This document shows positions 53,842 to 61,369 of a DNA stretch of 64,000 bases, one piece after another. Source of the stretch: a bacterium (GTDB taxonomy: Bacteria; SAR324; NAC60-12); assembly GCA_965209155.1 (NCBI GenBank), contig OZ242383.1, positions 1,376,001 to 1,440,000 of the forward strand. The letters are read 5' to 3'. The first letter of the stretch is position 1, and each line of letters opens with the position of its first letter. The notes under the pieces are model-generated. The model was given only the letters and a program-made list of their open reading frames with translations, was not told the origin of the DNA and searched no databases. Position numbers and translations under genes: made by a program.

Positions 53842-55053
53842 TTAGCGGGCTTTGTACACATTCCAGATCATGACCGGCCCCACTAGCAGTATGGTGATGA
53901 TCGCAGCCGACGACCCGACGCCCCAGTCGAGGTCGTGGAATATCTCGCGGAACACGTAAGTTGAAATGACCTCCGTACCCCAATTACCGCTGGTCGCAGC
54001 ATAGACAATGTCGAACACCCTGATCACGGTCACCGTGACCATGGTCCACGCCACGACGATTGTGCCGACGATTTGCGGGACCTTGATGCGGAAAAATAAC
54101 TGGAACGGCGTTGCGCCGTCGATGATGGCTGCCTCAATCGTTTCCTGTGGAATGCCACGCAGCGCCGCCGAGAGGAGCACCATGGTTAAGCCGGTTTGAG
54201 TCCAGATCATCACGGCCATCAGGAAGAAATTGTTCCAGATCGGTATCGTCAACCAGGTCAGGGGTTTGCCGTAAGGCAGAGTGATCGTGAACACATCGAT
54301 CACGTTCAGAAGCGCCAGGACGGCGATATAGGCCATTACCGCGCTGGGAACTACTAGCAGAGCCGCAGTGAGGATTCCGCCCTTTCGTTCCTCCGGAATG
54401 AAGAAGGGGCGCAGGAACAGGTAACAGGCATACGCCGCCAACGCAGCGAAACCCAACAGGATGATGGCCGGGAATATCCGCAGAAAAAGAAACGAGCCGA
54501 TCCCGCCTTCGAACTGCATCCAGACCGCGTTCAGAACCCCGACCTCTGGGCGGGTGTCATAGACCAACTTGAAGACCACCGAGGCGCCGACAAACGAGAT
54601 CGCCATGGGCATGAAGATGATCGTCCTGGCGATGTTGCCCCAGGCAATGCGGTCCGTCAGTTGGGCGATCAGGAGGCCAAACGCCGTCGAGGCAGCGGGT
54701 ACGACACTCAGCCACAATACGTCGTTGCGCATCGCTTCCACGAACTTCTCTTCTTTGAACATCTGCTGATAATTCGCAAGACCGACAAACGCACCTCCCA
54801 AATCGCGGTCGGTGAGCGACAAGCGCAGGGTTTCGAAAACCGGGTAGGCTATGTAGACCCCCATAATGAAAATGGCTGGGAAGCCGAACAACCACGGCCG
54901 GATCAGGTTGGCGCGATTGATGTTATCTCCGGCGTTCTCGCCGCGCGGCGGGAACAGGACTTTGTCGAGCAACAGGTTGGCGAGGTAGAAGTAACCGAGG
55001 CAACCGCCTATACCGATGATGATGATGATGAGACCCTGGATTGCTGCGTTCAT
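53842..55053 (-). CDS. aglF: Carbohydrate ABC permease, AglF-like, copy 2
   Basis: Paralog of 42729-43946. Confidence 0.85.
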   Translation of the reverse strand: MNAAIQGLIIIIIGIGGCLGYFYLANLLLDKVLFPPRGENAGDNINRANLIRPWLFGFPAIFIMGVYIAYPVFETLRLSLTDRDLGGAFVGLANYQQMFKEEKFVEAMRNDVLWLSVVPAASTAFGLLIAQLTDRIAWGNIARTIIFMPMAISFVGASVVFKLVYDTRPEVGVLNAVWMQFEGGIGSFLFLRIFPAIILLGFAALAAYACYLFLRPFFIPEERKGGILTAALLVVPSAVMAYIAVLALLNVIDVFTITLPYGKPLTWLTIPIWNNFFLMAVMIWTQTGLTMVLLSAALRGIPQETIEAAIIDGATPFQLFFRIKVPQIVGTIVVAWTMVTVTVIRVFDIVYAATSGNWGTEVISTYVFREIFHDLDWGVGSSAAIITILLVGPVMIWNVYKAR

Positions 55054-55105
55054 GTCCGCGCTCCTCCTTGAATGTTGTCGATGTGTGTCATACTAAACTC
55101 ACTCA

Positions 55106-55861
55106 TCATTTCCCTGCGGTTAATCCGCCGTCAATGACCAAGTCACTGCCGGTGACAAAAGAGGACTCGTCCGAAGCCAGGTAAAGGGCGCCGTAGGCCA
55201 CGTCTTCCGGCTGGCCCGTGCGGCCCAGGGGAATCCTGTTGAGCAGATCCTGTTGATATCTCTCCTCCTCCAGCAAGTAGGCGTTCATCATTGTTTTGAT
55301 GCTGGCCGGAATTATGGAGTTGACGCGGATCCCTTCCCTGGCGTATTGAACAGCGGTGGACTTGGTCAATAGCCGTATCGCAGCCTTGGACATGGTGTAG
55401 GTGCACGACGACTCCATGGAGCCTATCAGCGCAGCCACCGAAGCGATGTTGATCATGGAGCCACCCCCCACTTTCCGCATCTCGGGTATGGCGTGTTTTG
55501 TCCCCAGAAACGCACCCTTGGCATTTACATCCAAATCCTGGTCCCACTGCTCGCTGGTGATCTCCCCCACCAGACCGGTTCGGTAAGTTCCGGCGTTGTT
55601 CACCAGAACGTCCAGTTTCCCGAAGCGGGCGACGGTGGACGCCACGGCTTGCTGCCAATCAGCCTCGCTGGTGACATCCAACCGGACGAAGAGGCATGCG
55701 CCACCGGTTTCATTAATTTCGGTCTCGGTCTGACGCCCTTCTTCTTCCAGCACGTCTCCAATGACCACTTTGGCCCCTTCCCTGGCAAACAGCGTGGCCA
55801 TCGCCGCGCCCAAGCCCCTGGCTCCCCCGCTGATAAAAGCGACCTTGTCTTCCAGCCTCAT
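55106..55861 (-). CDS. SDR oxidoreductase (glucose 1-dehydrogenase/hydroxysteroid-DH-like)
   Basis: SGGARGLG, NNAG, YTMSK, GQPEDVA. Confidence 0.9.
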   Translation of the reverse strand: MRLEDKVAFISGGARGLGAAMATLFAREGAKVVIGDVLEEEGRQTETEINETGGACLFVRLDVTSEADWQQAVASTVARFGKLDVLVNNAGTYRTGLVGEITSEQWDQDLDVNAKGAFLGTKHAIPEMRKVGGGSMINIASVAALIGSMESSCTYTMSKAAIRLLTKSTAVQYAREGIRVNSIIPASIKTMMNAYLLEEERYQQDLLNRIPLGRTGQPEDVAYGALYLASDESSFVTGSDLVIDGGLTAGK

Positions 55862-56604
55862 GTTTTCCCTCCATCGTTGATGATGGTTGTTTCTCTCCCC
55901 GCTAACCACTGGATGCCCCGTCCCACTACCGCACGAAAACCGGGGTTTGAGTAAGCCTGGTTATCGTGCCCGTTCTGATAGCAGAAGACCCTTGCCTTAC
56001 CGAAGGTCCGCGTCCACGCGATCGTCTTCATACTCTGGGGATGATCGGTGGTGAGCAGGATGTGGCTATCCTCGTCCGCGTCATCTATGATATAGGTCTC
56101 GTCGACGATGTCCCATGGCTCCAGTGTAGCAGTGAGGGGATGCTCGGAGTCCGCGACGTCGATGCGCACGGTCTGGTTGAAGGCGACTGGCACATTGCCT
56201 CGCTGACGCATACCGCTAAGCTCTCTCCAGAGCGGCCAGCCGGAGAAAGCTACCAGCGCGTGATGCAGCAGAAATATCCCCTGGTCCCCATCACCAAGAC
56301 CCTCCAGCGTCTCCTTCATAGCGGCCTCGAATTTTCCATCTTCTTCAGCGGGCGTACGTTGGTGCACGTTGTAGAACAATAGTACCTCGTAGTTCACTGG
56401 ATCGCGCGCTGGGTCTTGAAGCATTTCGGGATGGTTTTTCAGGTTGTAGTTCCCTGGATCGCGCGCCGGGTCGGTAATGAAGTCCCACATGTTCTGAGGG
56501 TAGGCCTCGATTTCGGGAATGGAGCGAAGCATGGACTGGAAGCCCACCACGTCGTACGGGTGCTCCCCGGTAATCACTGCTGTTTTTATCTTTCCATTCG
56601 TCAT
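55858..56604 (-). CDS. ThuA domain protein
   Basis: TGEHPYD, LLHHA, DETY, AWTRTFGKARVF..GHD. Confidence 0.85.
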   Translation of the reverse strand: MTNGKIKTAVITGEHPYDVVGFQSMLRSIPEIEAYPQNMWDFITDPARDPGNYNLKNHPEMLQDPARDPVNYEVLLFYNVHQRTPAEEDGKFEAAMKETLEGLGDGDQGIFLLHHALVAFSGWPLWRELSGMRQRGNVPVAFNQTVRIDVADSEHPLTATLEPWDIVDETYIIDDADEDSHILLTTDHPQSMKTIAWTRTFGKARVFCYQNGHDNQAYSNPGFRAVVGRGIQWLAGRETTIINDGGKT

Positions 56605-56750
56605 TTTTCTGTCTCTTGTATTAGAATAATTAATGTTTACAATGATATGTCATCCCGGACTTGAGACGGGGGGCTACTCACCTAAAGTGGAACAAAATGT
56701 TAAAATCATGAACTCTAGCATTTTCGGTTTGAATGAAGTACTGCCAAACG

Positions 56751-56820
56751 GTAGGGCCGGGTTACGTCCCGGCCTGAGAAGCCCACGAGCCGCTTTGGCC
56801 GGGGCGTCACCCGGCCCTAC
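56751..56820. repeat. GTAG-type REP doublet (REPIN)
   Basis: GTAGGGCCGGG..CCCGGCC ... GGCCGGG..CCCGGCCCTAC. Confidence 0.75.
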
Positions 56821-57076
56821 CATCGGTCATACTTTCCATTTGGAAACACTATCGCAAAAAGGTTATTCTCTAGAATGCCTAACTCTATGAAATCATTGGC
56901 TGTCCCATCTTAGGCGAGTAGCCCTTTTCATTAAGTTTTCACGAATTGCGATAAGAGATTCCACGAAGCTCAGATCCCTCAACTCCCAATACGCCCCTGC
57001 CGATCAAATGTTCTTGTCTGTTCTTGTGGGTTCTTGGCAAAAAATAAAACCCCGAACACCTATGGTTGACAATCTA

Positions 57077-58102
57077 CTAGTTAGGCAGCAAGGCCACGGA
57101 ACGGACCTCGCCAAACTCCCTTTGCAGCTTTTGCCAGGAATCACCCCCATCTTCGCTCACGTACATATAGCCGAAGATGCTGGCCGCGACGATTACATTG
57201 GGCCGCTCCTTGTGAGTGCTTATCCCATAGATATGGGAGTTGGGCTTTACCGGCAGAGGCACCGGTTCCCAGCTTTTGCCACCATCCTGGGTGCGCTGTA
57301 CGGCACCAGCTACACCGGGAATAACGTCGCCGTTGCCGACGAACATAACATCGGGGTTATCCGCTTTGATGACCATACCGCGGCAGTAGGACACGTGGTC
57401 CGCTTCATGGAACTTGGGGAAATAGTGATAATCCCAGCTTTCGCCTTCGTCGTGGCTGGTGGCGATCCCAAAGGGCGAGGTACAGTAGACTGCGGAACGG
57501 GCACCAGTCCTCAGAGCCATACTGTGAATGTCTCCCTGGAAGGGGTCAGGACCCAGGACGGGCAGGTGGTCCCAGTTGTCGCCGCCATCCAGGCTCTTGT
57601 AAACCCCGTCAACCTCCATGCCAGCCCAAATGGTGTGGTTGTCCCTGGGATCTACGATCATGCAGGTGGTCCGCGGTGGCGAGGGAGGAAGTGGTTCAGA
57701 GATGGGGCAATTCATGTTTACGCCCATCTGAAGCTTGCTCCAAGTCCGCCCCCCATCCCTGGAGCGGAATCCCTCGGGTCGCGTGCCCACGAATAGGGTG
57801 TCCGGGTCCGTGGGATCTACAGTCACCGACCAGATTTCAAGATCCGCTGTGGGGGCATCCAGGTTTTCCCAGGTCACCCCGCCGTCTTCGCTGCGGAAAA
57901 CGCCCACTTGGGATGAGGGTACTGATTGACAATCAGCACCAGCCAATACCCGCCGGGGGTTGTCCGGATACACGCACAATGCCCTGACGTTGGACTCATG
58001 CCAGATAGGCTGATTGATTTTAGTCCAGGATTCACCCCCGTCGGCACTCACGTTCAGCCCTTGGCCGGCGGTGCCGATGAGGATTGTGTAATCTTTTGAC
58101 AT
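57077..58102 (-). CDS. BNR/Asp-box beta-propeller protein (sialidase/glycosyl-hydrolase-like)
   Basis: Seven S.DGG.[ST]W-type repeats. Confidence 0.85.
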   Translation of the reverse strand: MSKDYTILIGTAGQGLNVSADGGESWTKINQPIWHESNVRALCVYPDNPRRVLAGADCQSVPSSQVGVFRSEDGGVTWENLDAPTADLEIWSVTVDPTDPDTLFVGTRPEGFRSRDGGRTWSKLQMGVNMNCPISEPLPPSPPRTTCMIVDPRDNHTIWAGMEVDGVYKSLDGGDNWDHLPVLGPDPFQGDIHSMALRTGARSAVYCTSPFGIATSHDEGESWDYHYFPKFHEADHVSYCRGMVIKADNPDVMFVGNGDVIPGVAGAVQRTQDGGKSWEPVPLPVKPNSHIYGISTHKERPNVIVAASIFGYMYVSEDGGDSWQKLQREFGEVRSVALLPN

Positions 58103-58200
58103 GTCGCGTCTCCTTATTGGCTAAAAACCTGCTAATGGGTGTATTCAACAGATGGAGAGCAATGGCCTTCCCCCATAAAACGGGCATTCTGCTGCGGTAG

Positions 58201-58225
58201 GATGGGCAAGCTTGGCTTGCCCATC
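58201..58225 (-). terminator. Stem-loop after SBP2
   Basis: GATGGGCAAGC-TTG-GCTTGCCCATC perfect 11-bp stem. Confidence 0.6.
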
Positions 58226-58237
58226 ACTGCTGGGATA

Positions 58238-59701
58238 CTATTTGATAGCGTCCCAGGACTTCTGGATGTCGCGTGCAACGGCAGCGGCATCCTTGCCACC
58301 GACATAGTCCACCATACCCCTCCAGAAGGTCCCGCCGCCAACGGCACCGGGCATCAGGTCGGATGCGTCGAACCGGTATGTGGTCGCGTTCAAGAGAATA
58401 TCATTTAACCCTGCAAACGCCGGGTCACTGAAAACCGCTTTGTTGACGCGCAAGTGCGGCGTCAGGGTGCCGCCCTGAGCCATAAGTAGCTCGTTCGCAA
58501 TCGGCGTCTGTAGCCATTTGATAAACCCATGGGCTGCTGGGCTGTTCTTGCTGATGGTCCAAAAGTTACCTCCACCCATCACTGGCTTGCCAAGCTCTGG
58601 CTTGCTCGCCCGGGCCGGGAAGTAGAAGAAGTTCCAGTCGCCATACTTTACACCTTTTGGGAAAAAATTCGTAATGTACGTTCCCGCAAGGTGCATGTAG
58701 CACTTCGGCGGGCTGTCGAAGAGACCCTTCGGGCTGTCGCGCCAATCCTGGCTGGCCACATTACCCACACCGCCGGATACATATTTTTCGTTGCGGGCAA
58801 ATTCGCCCCATTCCTCGAGTGCGGCAACGATTCGGGGGTCATCAAACGGAACTTCGTTGCTGACCCACTGGTCGTACAATTCCGGAGGATGCGAGCGCAG
58901 CAATAAGTCCTCCATCCAGTCACTTCCCGGAAAACCCGTCGCACCCTCAGAAAACAGACCAATGCACCATGGGGTCCCACCGTCGGCAACGATCCGAGCG
59001 GTCAGGGCCTTCAGTTCTTCCATGGTCTGCGGGATTTCGTAGCCTGCGTCCTCGAAGTTCTCGGGGACGTACCAGACCACCGACTTAATGTACATTTGGA
59101 TTGGGACGCCGTAGTAAGCCTTTTTCCCGTCCGGGCCGGCATAGGTGCCGAGGTCAACCCAGGACTGGCCAGCGGCGAAGTTGTCGCGAGTATAGCCGGC
59201 AATATCGGGATCCAATTTGGTCAGGAAACCGCGCTTGGCCATGTCCGTGGCAAAACCTGGCAGCGGGAAGGCGGTGATATTCGCTGATGCACCTGCTTCG
59301 GCGTCAACCATCACTTCTTGCGAGAAGTTCTGCGAGCCGGTGTAGCGGACGTCGGCACCGGTCGCTTCTTCGAAATAGGCAAACATCGCATTCATCTTGT
59401 CCTCGTCGGGACCTTGAAATGCTCCGAAGACCGTGAGTTGCTGGCCAGAATAGTCGTGCTCCTTCGCGAAGGCGTGGTAGCTGTCCCAGCTGAACTCGCC
59501 TTCGCCAATCGGGAATTTGAGGTGGCCATCCGCATGCGCGACACCCGTCAGGGCGAAAATAGCGACCATCAAAGTCCCTATAAACCCGAACCTATTTTTC
59601 ATTTTTATTTTTTTCATAATAATTTCTCCAAATACGATTGATTTTATAATTATCTCCCAATTTATCTTTTTCATAATTTCTCCAAATACGATTGATTTCA
59701 T
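58238..59701 (-). CDS. aglE: Sugar ABC substrate-binding protein, AglE-like, copy 2 (alternative start 59617)
   Basis: WYVPENFEDAGY, PWCIG, RFDASDLMPGAVG. Confidence 0.87.
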   Translation of the reverse strand: MKSIVFGEIMKKINWEIIIKSIVFGEIIMKKIKMKNRFGFIGTLMVAIFALTGVAHADGHLKFPIGEGEFSWDSYHAFAKEHDYSGQQLTVFGAFQGPDEDKMNAMFAYFEEATGADVRYTGSQNFSQEVMVDAEAGASANITAFPLPGFATDMAKRGFLTKLDPDIAGYTRDNFAAGQSWVDLGTYAGPDGKKAYYGVPIQMYIKSVVWYVPENFEDAGYEIPQTMEELKALTARIVADGGTPWCIGLFSEGATGFPGSDWMEDLLLRSHPPELYDQWVSNEVPFDDPRIVAALEEWGEFARNEKYVSGGVGNVASQDWRDSPKGLFDSPPKCYMHLAGTYITNFFPKGVKYGDWNFFYFPARASKPELGKPVMGGGNFWTISKNSPAAHGFIKWLQTPIANELLMAQGGTLTPHLRVNKAVFSDPAFAGLNDILLNATTYRFDASDLMPGAVGGGTFWRGMVDYVGGKDAAAVARDIQKSWDAIK

Positions 59702-59716
59702 AATTATCTCCCAAAT

Positions 59717-59918
59717 CTAGTACTGCCCGGTGAAAATAAGTTTACAGTTAATCACATTCGACAATCTATTCAGTTGTCATTCCTGGCTTGACCAGGAATC
59801 CAGGGGTCTTTCTATGAATCCTGGATGCCGGATCATCCTGGTCCCGGATCATCCCGGACTTGATCCGGGACCGGCATGACACTGTGGCTGTAAACGCACT
59901 TTTGCCCTACGGCACTAG
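59717..59918. mobile_element. MITE-like insertion at CTAG carrying nested REP palindromes
   Basis: CTAG at both ends, imperfect TIR ending GTTTACAG/CTGTAAAC; the paralogous site at 45504 has a single CTAG. Confidence 0.75.
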
Positions 59919-60035
59919 TATTTTGAGATTGAAGGAATATACATTCTTTTTCTGCTAACATGATTTCCCCATAGGCTTCTCCTGATAAGACCGATTAGAC
60001 TTTGAACTACGCCATTAGCATGATCCAGAAAATCA

Positions 60036-60062
60036 GGGGACACGTAACAAGTACATGTCCCC
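60036..60062. repeat. GGGGACA..TGTCCCC palindrome
   Basis: GGGGACACGTA-ACAAG-TACATGTCCCC. Confidence 0.55.
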
Positions 60063-60110
60063 GGTTTTTCTTCAGGGATACAGCATCCCATAAACTTTTG
60101 CTGTTTATCT

Positions 60111-60312
60111 TCAAGCAGTGTGCCAAATTTGAGGATATTCAGTTAACTTACTGTAATTATTATCTATTTTTAAAAATGGGAGGGTTGGGTATGCGCAGCA
60201 GGAGTCTAAACATTTTGACTTAACTAGATCGGAAATAATGGTTAACTCATTGATATTAGATATTAAATAACAAAAATCTAAACCTTTATACTTAAGTCTA
60301 AAGTTTTTGACA
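60111..60312 (-). promoter_or_regulatory. Putative sigma54 promoter with enhancer (UAS) sites and IHF box for ABC operon 2
   Basis: TTGGCACACTGCTTGA (60126-60111); AGTCTAAA-N2-TTTTGAC palindromes at 60203 and 60295, a weaker one at 60275; IHF consensus TATCAA-TGAG-TTA at 60255-60243. Confidence 0.6.
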
Positions 60313-60691
60313 CTTTTTAACTTTATTATTTACTGATGTTTCTTAATATAGATTTTGCAAGCAGATCAAATTTCCCCCCTTGTGAAGATTCAGGGACAAA
60401 GGCCAACACGGTCCGCCGCTGCGGTGGAACGGACAAATGCGGAAGGACGCATCGGCGGTCGTGACGCTCCGGCGTACCGGCGACTGCGACCACCCCCGGA
60501 CAAAGGGATCGAGAGATTTTGCTTCGTCTAAATGACTGAAGGAATGGACAAAGTGATCGTTACTAATCAAATAATTTGGTGGAGAACCTACTGAAATATC
60601 AATTTTTTTAAATCCTTGTGATCGGATTCAAAGCGGGGTATATTTAGAGAAAACTTTATTGAAGATCATCCAATTTGTATAAGGAAAAGAT

Positions 60692-60934
60692 ATGGAAGCG
60701 ATGCGTGTGTATCATCAACTCAATGAAGACGGGGAAGTCCATCTGAAAGGATTGCCCTACAAAAAAGGAGAGGAAGTCGAACTCATTCTCATTCCTGCCC
60801 CTAAAAAGAAAGCGACTTTGACTGCTCATAAGCTTTTGGAATCAGATATCATTGGATTATGGAGTGATCATGAGGAGATTGAAGACAGTGCAGTTTATGC
60901 CCGTCAACTCAGAGAACAGGCTCAAAGACGTTAG
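60692..60934 (+). CDS. Putative antitoxin (VapB-like)
   Basis: Small ORF with LP.KKGEEVELI and GLWSD..EIEDS..YARQLRE; precedes a PIN gene. Confidence 0.75.
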   Translation: MEAMRVYHQLNEDGEVHLKGLPYKKGEEVELILIPAPKKKATLTAHKLLESDIIGLWSDHEEIEDSAVYARQLREQAQRR

Positions 60935-60940
60935 AGATTT

Positions 60941-61321
60941 ATGGTTTTAGATACCGATATCATGATTGATATGCTCCGTAAATTTCCACCAGCAATGGCA
61001 TGGGGTCAAGAGCTTGAAGATGCTGAAGTAGTCCTACCTGGCTATGTGATGATGGAGTTAATTCAAGGTTGTCATAACAAACAAGAGCGTAATCGGCTTC
61101 AAAAATTTGTAGAAGATTATTCCATTGTCTGGCCTTCCCCGGGCTATTGTAATCAAGCTTTAGAAATATTTTCTGAATATCACCTTAGTCATAGCATTGG
61201 CCTGCTAGATGCTCTGATTGGACTGTCGGCTGTAGCCGTGAATCTCCCCTTATACACTTTCAACCAAAAACATTATTCAATGATTCCTAATCTCCATACT
61301 ATTCAACCCTACGAAAAGTAA
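60941..61321 (+). CDS. vapC: PIN-domain toxin
   Basis: VLDTDIMID, MEL.QG, DALI, T.N.KH. Confidence 0.88.
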   Translation: MVLDTDIMIDMLRKFPPAMAWGQELEDAEVVLPGYVMMELIQGCHNKQERNRLQKFVEDYSIVWPSPGYCNQALEIFSEYHLSHSIGLLDALIGLSAVAVNLPLYTFNQKHYSMIPNLHTIQPYEK

Positions 61322-61369
61322 ACTTCCTTTGTTTCTCTTGTTTGCAACTATTTACCGATTAGTCATTTT

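Noticed and set aside
29966..57796. Long antisense ORFs (e.g. 29966-30829, 37542-38330, 40391-41353, 41510-42568, 57008-57796)
   Set aside because: Shadow frames opposite clear GC-rich genes, with no recognisable motifs
60570..60600. tRNA 3' end (TGGTGGAG...) as an att site
   Set aside because: No T-loop GTTCGA or cloverleaf follows
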